Shown here in pieces: positions 1 through 10,363 of a DNA stretch of 48,264 bases (its first letter is position 1; each line of letters begins with the position of its first letter). Made by a program: the position numbers and the translations under genes. The stretch comes from Intoshia linei (Eukaryota > Animalia > Orthonectida), in contig LWCA01000138.1 of assembly GCA_001642005.1 (NCBI GenBank), forward strand, positions 1-48,264, read 5' to 3'. The notes under the pieces were generated by a model. That model had not been told where the DNA came from. It did no database searches and saw only the letters and a program-made list of their open reading frames with translations.

Positions 1-328
1 TTTGATTCTCAAAGTACGTGTCATTTATACCAATTGACGAATTTTCAGTCGAGTTGAAATTTGATGTTGATGAACGATTAACGTTACACGATTGTTGGTT
101 TTCGTTTTCATTATCAGTTTGCCATTTATCATACAAGGGATGTACGTTTTGATAATTTGGTTCATTATAGATGCAAAGAGGTTCAATATTATCATTATTC
201 AAGTGAGAGTTAATATTTAGATTTATATTTCTTTCACAATTTTTTTTCACTATTTCATCGTTAGCTCTTTTTAAGTCATTACTACTGGTTAATTCATGGT
301 ATAATGATTTTTCTCGATTATTATTCAT
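1..328 (-). CDS. 5' part of an uncharacterised Asn/Ser-rich protein gene running off the left edge
   Basis: ATG at 328 followed by 109 stop-free codons (MNNNREKSLYHELTSSNDLKR...INDTYFENQ) to the window edge, which is unlikely by chance at this AT content. No recognisable domain. Confidence 0.6.
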   Translation of the reverse strand, partial: MNNNREKSLYHELTSSNDLKRANDEIVKKNCERNINLNINSHLNNDNIEPLCIYNEPNYQNVHPLYDKWQTDNENENQQSCNVNRSSTSNFNSTENSSIGINDTYFENQ

Positions 329-1009
329 TTATATTGTTTTCTTGAAAGTTTTAATTTTATTTGAAATTTTATTGATGCAACTTGTATAAAATTTTTCCAA
401 TAATGAATTCAATAAATACTGTGTTTGGAATATGTATATTTGTGTATGATTATTTATTTGTTAATGTATATGTTTGTATTTCATCCAATAATACAAAGTT
501 AAATATGTAATATAGCAAACTGACTGATTAGCTGATGTGAAATCTGTCAAATACACTATATAATTTATATTAATGTCCAATCAGTGTGATTGTATAGTTA
601 TATTTGACATTGTTGTTTTGACTGATGATACTAAATGTGTATCATTATTTCTTGTCATAAATATCATGCCGTTATAATCATATAATAATCGTGTAATAAT
701 ATTCACAGCTTGATAATTTATATATACAAATTTTTACTTTTAAATTTGTCTGATAATTGGGACAGTATTGTGATTTAATGCAGTTGCGAATACGTATTGA
801 ATTAAATAACTTTTTTTCAATGATTGCAAAATAAATTTAACGGAATTAATATTTTCTATATTAAAAAATTTTTTTTAATATAATCCTGTGTATTAGGATT
901 AGGTAATATACTGATCTAGCATATCGAAAATTTCAATGCGCATTTTTTTTTGAAATTGTAGAATGAATATTTACTTTTTAATTTTTAATTTTTAATTTTA
1001 CAATTTACT

Positions 1010-1671
1010 ACGGTTAATCCAAATATTTGAAAAATATTGGTTGATAATATATTAAAAATTATTTTTCACCGGGAGTGTGTAGACTTTTGAGTTTAAAATT
1101 TTGTATCAACTGGAATAAGATGTATCAGAATAATTTGTTTTTTTAATTGTAGGACTATTAATTATTTCAAATTTATTGTTTTAATAAAATAGTTTCATAA
1201 TAAAAATTAATACTTAAGTGCTTTTACCGTGAAGGTGTCACTTTATCAGATTGAAATTTTTTGTTTGTGTTTACTGGATATAACGTTATCAACTATATTT
1301 TTTTTTAAATTTTGGGACTATTTTAATTTTCTAAAAAAGGCAATCTAGGGTTTTGGCCGTGAAAATACACTTTTTTGAGGTTGCCATTTATTATAATGCT
1401 TATGATTTTAAAAACTCTCTCCGAATTTATGTTTTATTAAATTTTTGGGATGATTTTATTTTTAAACAAAAGAGAAAATTGGGTTTTTGACTTTGAAGGA
1501 CCAAATTCGGAATCTGAAAAATAGATATATATTGTAAACAGGTTCTGGGAAAACTGTATTAGAAATTGGGTTTTTTTAAATTCTGCGACTGTCAATTACT
1601 TAAATAAACGTTAACATACAGACAAACAGACACATAAACACACAGACAATCAATTTTATATAAGTAAATGA
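1010..1671 (-). mobile_element. Non-autonomous Helitron-like family copy (5' part, 3'-truncated)
   Basis: Minus-strand A|TCATTTACTTATATAAAA start, a GT-rich microsatellite, and about 4 degenerate 130-160 bp modules shared with copies at 4770, 13971 and 29660. Left boundary approximate. Confidence 0.7.
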
Positions 1672-2895
1672 TTTAGTTAATAATGCATATCTGTTTATTC
1701 ATTTGTAACCATGTATTTAAGAAATTAATAAGTGTAAAGTTTTATTAATTCCCATTTATAATACTGTTTTTCGATGGTGATATTTTATAGCATATTTAAT
1801 TTTTCGAAATTGAGTCCTTCAAGGTAAAAATCCAAAAAATTGTTTTTTTAAACAACAAAATCGTTTCTTTTCTAATTAACAATATTGTAAAATAATAAAT
1901 ATTAAAATAATCATATCAAATAGAAATTAGAAAATTTTAGGTTATAAATCAGGGATCATCTATCTTTTTTAAATATCGCGCCTATTCTAACTAATATGTA
2001 AAAAAATTTAATTTTTGAAAAATTATCTCAAAATTATCAAAATTAAACCATTTTGTAGACTATACGAAAAATTTTTCCAACAAGACATATTAATTTAGAA
2101 TAGTAATACTACTAATAACGGTTTATTGATACATTACATTTAATTTATCATATTGATAATTTACAGACGAAATGGAATCACCTAAAAAGACTACACTTTA
2201 CTAATTATATCACAGTACGAAATGACTAAATTCAATGATATATAAGGTAATTATGATAAAAAAAGGAAATCAACATTAAATTGAAAAATAATGCACACAA
2301 TAATAATTAAATTTGTTTATAACATAATAGTATTAGATTCGATGAACATTGGTGATTTCAATATCAATATATTGTGGTACCAAGCTGTTATAATTAATTA
2401 ATTATTTTGTAATTGATTCGTACATTTTTGTGTTAATCTATTATTACAATTACAACGTGGACTTGTTAATATAACGGATTAATGAATTGTATTTACATTT
2501 ACATCAATTTATCTTAAATTTATGATAAATTAGTTTTGTACAGATTAAATATTCTTATTAAATTAAATGTATACTTTAAAATTTTCTGTAAAGAATCTTA
2601 AATTTTGTAGATCGCATAGAGAACCACTATTATAAATTAAATTTTTTTATTATATATCATGTAGTTTGTAAACTAAAAATATTCAAAATTTATTGAGTTC
2701 AATTAATATCGTAATTCTTATTCATTTCCTTGATATTTTGTAATTTTTCTACAAACTGGTGGGCGTCTAAATATAATATATAAATAAATACAAATATTCA
2801 TATTAGTATTTCCTTGATATAATTCACACAATGTTGCTAAAGTTAGTATATATTTCACAAGCTAAAATTTCATATAATAACCGGATGAATGTAGA

Positions 2896-2990
2896 TCCTT
2901 ACTTATATAATATGCTACGAAATATTTTTTTGTGTGTATGTGTTTCAGTTTATTTCAATAACTACCAGTTTTAGAATTTTATAAGGTCCA
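2896..2990 (+). mobile_element. Helitron-like family 5' fragment
   Basis: A|TCCTTACTTATATAA start identical to 13971, then tgtgtgtatgtgt and ttatttcaataactaccagt, which match the copies ending near 5215 and 30270. Confidence 0.65.
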
Positions 2991-3457
2991 GATTTTAATT
3001 ACAGTTTTTTCAGTTTACAGTTTAATGAAGTAAGTGTACAATAATTTTAAAATTGTAATAATGAATAAATAAATCATGAAAAATACATGTAAAAACTGAT
3101 TAAAAAGAAATATGTGTAAAAAATTGTTATAAAAAATAAAAATTTATATTATAACGCACATTCCATAATTGGGGCCGCATAATTGACACCCTGGTATAAA
3201 GTCTATTATAAACTCTCCACCTGTCGGTAATTTAATATTTTTCAAGGGTAATTGCGAAATTAGCTCTAAAAAAATAGGATTTTTGTTTATTTTTATAACG
3301 TCGGATGCATAAAATAATTTTTAAAATAAAATTTTTTCTAAATAATATAATAATAAAATGTAGTCATGTAATAAATTAATATGGCTTTATAAAATTTTAG
3401 CATCGAAAAAAATGGCGTTCGAAATCAACAATGACATCGTTTACATATATAATTTAA

Positions 3458-3530
3458 CTAGGTTGACTGTTAAGTACTACGTACAAACAGCACCTAGCTC
3501 TGCCAAGGGCACATTTTTTATCATATTTTT
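3458..3530 (-). mobile_element. Helitron-like family 3' terminus
   Basis: Minus strand reads gccc..ggcagagctaggtgCTGTTTGTACGTAGTACTTAACAGtcaacCTAG|T: a subterminal hairpin followed by CTAG and T. Confidence 0.75.
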
Positions 3531-3534
3531 ATTT

Positions 3535-4329
3535 TATCTGTACAACAACCAATTTCTTATGTTCAAAGCACGCATGCACATTGTTCTACAACAAATGATA
3601 GAATTAGTGATTGTTTTTACAATTGTTTGCATTTTACGGGAAGAAGTTTTTATCTTTATACATGCCTTTGCAATATCTTTACTAGATAATGTTGACTGAT
3701 CTCTACCATTAGCTAATTCATTATTTTCAAAAACTTGATTATTGAAATTAAACTCTATTGAAATAGGTAAAGATTTTTAAACTTGAAACGTATTTAATGG
3801 GTGTTTCTCTTTTAATTCACGCTGCAATTGTAATTCCTTACGTTTCATTTTTCTTTTATATTTACGATCAAACGCATTATCAAGCATACCAAATATTATC
3901 TTACTTTCATTTTTCTGATCACGTAAAAAACACAAGTCTTCAGGATGTGTACATATCAACTCGGCATTTATGTGCGATATATCAAACAATTTATCAATTG
4001 TATTAATGAAATTATCCTCACGTAATATTTGGGACTTACATCTCCTATTTTTATTCTTTTTAATAAATTATAGCGTTCGCAGTATGTCTTTAACATATTT
4101 ACAATATGTTTCTTATCTTTAATAGAAATTGTACTTGTAATCCACAAATCTAACACTTTCATCACAGTTATATTCAAAACTAGCTTTGCACGTCATTGAG
4201 CACTTCTATGATGTTATTTTTTTATCTAAAATTTGACATGCGTGTATGTATTCATAAAATGAACAAAATTATCGAAGGGCCTATCAGAAAATATAAAAAA
4301 AAAATACTATGAAAATTGTGTCCACCCTA
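3535..4329 (-). mobile_element. Truncated hAT-superfamily (hATm-type) transposon: one terminus plus degenerate N-terminal transposase
   Basis: Terminus TAGGGTGGACAC at 4329 (-). Frameshifted ORFs 3968-4177 and 3777-3989 contain LFDISH..A...EDLCFLRDQ..FGMLD, continuing past a stop to SKDIAKAC..KTSSRK. These motifs are recalled from hATm-type transposases, not searched. Confidence 0.6.
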
Positions 4330-4362
4330 GTGTATAATATAAAAATAAAGTAAAAACAGTCC

Positions 4363-4582
4363 AATCCTAAAAATTGTCATAAATAGCATAAATTCCAGAA
4401 AAAATAAAATTAAGAAACCTATTTTGTCATTTTCAATGTGATGACATATATTCAGTATCAATTTAATAAATAAATCCTAAAAATTGTCATAAATAGCATA
4501 AATTCCAGAAAAAATAAAATTATAAACCTATTTTATCATTTTCAGTGTGATGATATATATTTATTATTAATTTAGTAAATCC
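4363..4582. repeat. Tandem duplication, 2 x 110 bp
   Basis: aatcctaaaaattgtcataaatagcataaattccagaaaaaataaaatta... begins at both 4363 and 4473. Confidence 0.9.
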
Positions 4583-4769
4583 TTAAAAATACCAATTATG
4601 TATTAATAATTAATTATTTTTTTTACCAATATTGCAAAGTACTGTAATAAATATAAAAATGATAATAACAAAGTTGTATTACATTTAGTTTCGTTGTTGT
4701 AGTTTAAATTTGAAACAAAATGTTTAAAAAAATGACAATTTGAAAATGAAAAATGTTGATAAAATATTT

Positions 4770-5215
4770 CTAAAAAAAAAATATATGAATACTAAAATGC
4801 TTTTTTGACCGTGAAGTCGTAACTTATTCAGATTTAAATTTTTTTGTGTGTTACCAGGATACAACTGTACCACCTGTAAATTTTTTTAAATTCTAGGGCT
4901 ATTTTCGTAAAAAAAAAGGTAATTTGTGGTTTTGGCTTTGAAGATATAATCTTTTTAAATTTAAATTTATGATAATGAATATGATTTTAAAATCCATATC
5001 AGCTTATATATTATTTTAAATTCTCCAATTCGTTTGATTTTCAAAAAAAAGGACAACTTAGGTTTTTGACCTGTAAGATGTGAGTTTGGGAGGTTGAAAT
5101 TTATCTTATTATATACTCCGGAAAAAGCTGTAATAGAAATGTAAAACTTTATAAAATTTTAACACTGGTAGTTATTGAAATAAAATGGAACACACATATA
5201 AACAAATATTGCGAA
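4770..5215 (-). mobile_element. Helitron-like family copy (5' half)
   Basis: Nearly collinear with 29835-30260, e.g. gtaagatgtgagtttgggaggttgaaatttatctta and ctgtaatagaaatgt. Confidence 0.75.
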
Positions 5216-5399
5216 ATTTAACAAATAAAATTTAAAAAATTATATTTCTATTTTATTTCATTATTATGATGACATATACCTTTGTACTTATGTAGACTCT
5301 CTGTAATTATTTGGCATCCCAAAACTGGTTTGGCACCCAAGTTAAGAACCCATGTACAACAATTATATAAAATTTATTCCGAGATTCATATTTTTTATG

Positions 5400-5528
5400 A
5401 CTATTTTTTAGTGTTGTAACTCTAATTGGATAGTTTTGAAGATAATACACTTATTGTCTAATATATTAAAAAGTCGACCCACGACAGAGCCACTACTGTT
5501 TGTACGAAGTACATAACAGTCAAGCTAG
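5400..5528 (+). mobile_element. Helitron-like family 3' terminus
   Basis: Hairpin aCTGTTTGTACgaaGTACATAACAGt then caagCTAG|T at 5525-5529. Left boundary approximate. Confidence 0.7.
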
Positions 5529-5593
5529 TATAACACAAGTAAACATAGTAAGATTAAAAAATGGAATATTTATTAACATGTAAATAAATTTGT

Positions 5594-7336
5594 TCAAATT
5601 CTGATTTTTTCAAATGCAAGTAAATCTTGAATAGTACTATACAAAAAAGATGAACTTTTATTGATAAGTAGCATAAATTTGGAAGAAGATTTGTAAATAT
5701 CTACAGACATGGCCCAAAATTTTGCAGTTTCAGATTTATCAGTTATATTTTGATGAAAAATATTTGAAGGATAACTAATTTCTGCTCCTTGATAAGAATA
5801 CGAAATAAACATTACAACATGAACAAGATACTTAAGGTAATTATATTTAACAGTACCATCGACAATGTCAACATTGGACATTTCATTAATACCACAATCT
5901 GACCGACGAAACCCACTAATCGGCTTATTCAATTGATCTCTCAATAGCATAAATAAAAAAATAATATTTGGAGGCCAAATAAAACTATCATCTTGCCACC
6001 CCAAGTTTGAAAGATTAGTGTCAATTTTGTAAATCCACTTTGAAACACACGTACCATAGTTACTAGGATATGAAATGTAATTAATATAATTGTCCAAGCA
6101 AAATAAGAGTCGAGAATTGTCAATATTTCTGAGTTTTGTAATGACCTTATTGAGCGCTAAATATGTACATGAAAAGGTGAGAGGAGAAGAAAACTCCATG
6201 GAACTCTGAGAAGATGATGAATTGACTTCACATAATGATTGAAATTTTACTTTATTCTTCATTGACATGTGAGTATTTAAAAACTGATCATTCTTTTTAT
6301 TATTGGAAATGTGTGATAAATACAAATTTTTCCGTTTTCTAGGTGTAATTTCGAAAAATAATGTCGATATCGAATTGAGCAAATCTTTTTGATATTTCAA
6401 TTTTTTTATTTCAACCAAATACTCGTCGAAATTTTTCATTTTATCACTATAAGGGCTAGTGCTATCGTTTTCATTTAGAATGAATTTGCTTTTTATTGCT
6501 TTGAGTGAAAGATCGGAGCCAAATTTTGATGGTTTGTTATGGTCGGTTTTTTTCAAGCAACGTTTGTAAGCTGAGCAGACATTACAAGAACATAAATCGT
6601 AGTTTAAAAATTTTGTACTGCACGTGTAAATCCACCACCAGGCGCAATGTAAGGGTTTGGGTTTATTTTGATTATCGCTTTGGTTATTTCGGTAAATTCT
6701 GCATGGAATTATAGCACATCTCTGACAGTCTTTTTGATAAATGTTGTAGAGCATTTTGTGACTCTGGCGACTGGAAATGAATGCCTTAAGAATGTTATCT
6801 AGACAGGACGAAACGTTTTCATTTTTTTTTTTTATGTTTTGATATTTTTGGGAAAACTCGGATATATTTTTCAGGTGGGATTTAGATTTGTGCATTTGAA
6901 GTTCATCTTTGGGTTTTGGTTTTATGGTTTCGTTATTATCACTATATTTGCGAAACAATATGTCATTTACAGATAGCTTTACATCAAATTTGTCGACTGA
7001 TACATCAGATAAATTTTCTATCGATTTACAGATACTACTGTTGTTGTTTGGGTGAATTATTTTACATTCGGATACGTCTGTGATTTTTTTGTGTTTGTCG
7101 ATAAAGTGACATGAAAATGAATACGTCAAATCTTTCACATTGTTTAAATTTTCATTTTTTTTCTTTTTCTGAATTGAATTTAGAAATTTAGGTACATTTG
7201 GCAATCGAGTTCTAAAGGATTTTAATTTTTTCTGTTTTATTGATTCGTCAGTTTTTATTGGTTCAACTTTTTTATCAGTTATATTGGTCTTTTTTGTCGT
7301 TTTTTGTTTTACAATTTTTGCAGTTCTACCAGTCAT
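5594..7336 (-). CDS. CDK5R1: Cyclin-dependent kinase 5 activator (p35/p39 family), intronless, with a long N-terminal extension
   Basis: C-terminal WIYKIDTNLSNLGWQDDSFIWPPNIIFLFMLLR ... FISYSYQGAEISYP ... FW...SSKFMLLIN matches the p35 motifs GWQDQ.FITPAN.VFLYMLCR and LSYSYMGNEISYP. 580-aa ORF. Confidence 0.9.
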   Translation of the reverse strand: MTGRTAKIVKQKTTKKTNITDKKVEPIKTDESIKQKKLKSFRTRLPNVPKFLNSIQKKKKNENLNNVKDLTYSFSCHFIDKHKKITDVSECKIIHPNNNSSICKSIENLSDVSVDKFDVKLSVNDILFRKYSDNNETIKPKPKDELQMHKSKSHLKNISEFSQKYQNIKKKNENVSSCLDNILKAFISSRQSHKMLYNIYQKDCQRCAIIPCRIYRNNQSDNQNKPKPLHCAWWWIYTCSTKFLNYDLCSCNVCSAYKRCLKKTDHNKPSKFGSDLSLKAIKSKFILNENDSTSPYSDKMKNFDEYLVEIKKLKYQKDLLNSISTLFFEITPRKRKNLYLSHISNNKKNDQFLNTHMSMKNKVKFQSLCEVNSSSSQSSMEFSSPLTFSCTYLALNKVITKLRNIDNSRLLFCLDNYINYISYPSNYGTCVSKWIYKIDTNLSNLGWQDDSFIWPPNIIFLFMLLRDQLNKPISGFRRSDCGINEMSNVDIVDGTVKYNYLKYLVHVVMFISYSYQGAEISYPSNIFHQNITDKSETAKFWAMSVDIYKSSSKFMLLINKSSSFLYSTIQDLLAFEKIRI

Positions 7337-8598
7337 GTTTTTATTTATTAAATTTTTACGTTTATTATATTCATCTTGGCTATTTTTACTGCTAGGGCAA
7401 TTTAAAAAAAGAGATTTAGAGTTTGGTATGATATTACTTTCTTTATTTTGGTTAATAATTTGACTTAAATTTGAAAATTGTATACATTTTGACTATATGT
7501 TGATTCATAAACAGATTTACTGGTATGTTTATAATTATATGTATTTACCATTGATTAAAAGGATTTGTACCACTAATCCATGATTTATAGAAAAAATATA
7601 TAATTACTTATTGAAATATGATATGAAAGTGACATGAGGCACTATATAAAAACAATATTGAGTATTATCCATTTAATCCTTTATTGTATATTTTTCCAAT
7701 AAAATGTCAGCATATTGTGATATTACTTGTCTTTCTATTTAAATCAATATATTTGTCTTGGCTTTTTTAGTTACCATTATAATTTACCTTGTAGTGTTTA
7801 AAATTTTACTTTTTATTTTATCAATTTGTTTGCATTTATTGAAAATGGTATTGTATTGATTTTTTTAATATTAATAACGTTTTAAATTAAGATTTAAATC
7901 GTTTATAATTTTTTTAATGTTTTTCAATTGCCATGTATGATAAATCGCTTTATTTCAATTTTATTTAATTATATAAGTTTTAATCTAGATTCTAGATTTT
8001 TAGACATAAATGTATTAAAATGTAATAATTAGATAAATACTATTTTTTACATTTAATTTGATATCATAGATTAATGTCTCAGGTTTACCGACACTTTCAT
8101 TACCGGTTATTGATTCTTTTCAAAATTTTTTATTTTCCTAAGATTCGACATCAAACATTTATAATAATAAGTTATTATAAACAAAATTTAAAAATAGATA
8201 CATACATACATACATATAGTATGTAGTAACAATATCAAATAAAAGTTTTCAATATTTATCAATAAATACATTACCTTTGTAATAAATCAAAAGGTCGCCA
8301 TCATGATCCAAAGTAATTACACTTAATCAGTTAGTCAAAAAAATTTCTCGCTTAGGCTAAGCGATTAATTAAAACTAATTAAAATTTTGGATCGTGAATG
8401 TTTTCACCTTGAAATAAAAACAACATAAATAACATTTTAATTGTAAAGAATTGCGTTTAATACACAATGGATTCAATGTTGCTATGAATTTGGAGAAATT
8501 TTGATTGATTGAAAGAAAATATTCAGCAACCGAAAACACCGTTCAGATACAACGTTAATGAGATGTATGCTTAATATACATTTATATAACACCTGAAG

Positions 8599-9568
8599 TA
8601 GTAGCGGATCTACGTGGGGTGCAGGGCGACCGTCCCCTTGGCTTGACAAATGTGCTCCTAAAAATTTTTAATTTGTATATTAACTTTGTGTAAAATTAAA
8701 AAAAAATTCTAGGACCCATCCAAATGCATTTATTGAATTATGCTAGTAATCAGTTTACGTTTTATGTATATTAATTTGTTATCAGAGTTTAACAACAGTT
8801 TAAGTTAAATTGTCGGACTCGTTGATAATCGAAAGAGAACTTGCCAAAAATATCGATTTTGATGCAAGTTTTGAAAAATTTATAGTAGAATGAGAACTAA
8901 AAAAAAATACAGTATTCTCTCCACAACTCGTCAATTTTGTATCTCGCCATTAATTTATAATATACAAATAAATAAACTAAAAGTTTTAAAACCATTTTTT
9001 CAAAATTAGTTACGATTTTATGTACTTAAGTTTTAAGTCACGTTGAAATTTAAGTTTATGCTTCTAAACCGTAAAAGAGAAGGTTTAATAATGCAGATGG
9101 ATAATACATTTATTTGAAAAAAAGAATCTGTATATTACGTTTACAAAAAAATGTATTTATATTCTATTCAATTTACTGATTTACTATTTACAATGTTAGT
9201 AAGCCCATTTTTTAATTCGAATGTAATTTTTAGAAAATATTGAATTAAAAAAATAATTAATTTCAGTTGTAATAATGGATTTTTTGATACGATAGATTTT
9301 AATTATTTTGTATTAAATTTTACAATTTAGTTGAAATTTAACCTTCACTTAAAGGTTTTTTTTGTTGTTTCTATAACTTTAAATTCTATATCTCGCCAAC
9401 TTTTTCGAAATCCCAAGAATAATGAGTTATAGAGAGAATACTGTAATATAAATTATAGATAAAGAAATATATTAATTAACATAATATAAAATTCAAATTT
9501 AAATACATTATGAGTTTAGCCCCTAATAATTACTTCGCCCATGGTTAAAAATCCTAGATGCGCCACTG
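8599..9568 (+). mobile_element. Non-autonomous hAT element with a transposase C-terminal remnant
   Basis: TIRs TAGTAGCGGATCTAC / CTAGATGCGCCACTG and a perfect 8-bp TSD ACCTGAAG (8591-8598, 9569-9576). 8810-8893 encodes LSDSLIIERELAKNIDFDASFEKF, resembling a hAT dimerisation-domain tail. Confidence 0.88.
8910..9443. mobile_element. Tc1/mariner-type MITE nested in the hAT element
   Basis: TA|CAGTATTCTCTC ... GAGAGAATACTG|TA. Related copies lie at about 23050-23375 and 42410-43548. Confidence 0.85.
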
Positions 9569-9589
9569 ACCTGAAGGCGTTAACATCAT

Positions 9590-10169
9590 TGCCCATTAAT
9601 GACCCGGGCCTACTATCACGAAGGACCTATTTTTTAGTTATTTATAGGTAATGTTAGAAAATGTCGATAACCCATGCGATTTCCAACGGTTATTCTTAAT
9701 TTATAGATAATGAACGATCGATTAAGCCAGGCATTCTCAACCCTTTTTCGCTGTGGACCCTTAGATGATATTACAAAAAACCTGTGGACCACAAAAAAAT
9801 TAATAATAATGACCATTTTGAATGAATTCATAATAAAATTAAATAAGTCATAAATTTTAATAAAATAATTGAATAAAACCTCTACTCCTAAAATAAAACA
9901 ATGAATGTTTCCCAATACGTTTTTACACTTGTAATTTAATTTAATACCAAAGTATTTACTTTTACATGATTTGCAAGTTTTATATTAGTATTTCTGAGCC
10001 TTTGTTTTAAAAACGACTTTGTTACTAAAAATGTCTATAAGTAATAAATGTATATAATTTTCATGGACCCCGTTGAGAATGACTGGATTAAGCAATGCAT
10101 AGAGGTCCCATTTTTTTATATGGCCTACAATTCCACTTGGTCCTGGCCTACTGCTCGCTCTCCCCGCCT
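9590..10169 (+). mobile_element. MITE copy of the 15270 family, interrupted by a younger hAT MITE
   Basis: Flanks gacccgggcctac..., tagataatgaacgatcgatta... and ggcctactgctcgctctccccgcc align with the uninterrupted copy at 15270-15522. Confidence 0.7.
9728..10085. mobile_element. hAT (Charlie/Buster-like) MITE
   Basis: TIRs CAGGCATTCTCAAC / GTTGAGAATGACTG and a perfect 8-bp TSD GATTAAGC (9720-9727, 10086-10093). Confidence 0.92.
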
Positions 10170-10363
10170 TACCCTCAGGTATAGAATCCAGGGACCTTAA
10201 TTAGGAACCAAGGATGAAATAATATAAAAATTGTGCGTTCGCACAATAATTACATTTACACAATCAATAGTAAAAGCTAAATCAATATAAACACGGATCT
10301 AAGAAATTTTTCAAAATATAAATTTCATTGTGCAATGTACATAAATATTTAATGATTTTAATT

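Noticed and set aside
3412-3699. Short listed ORFs such as 3412-3699, 9634-9915, 12241-12480, 12778-13032, 14117-14374, 26092-26325 and 33136-33616
   Set aside because: They lie in or across non-coding TE or intron sequence and translate as F/I/K/L-biased noise.
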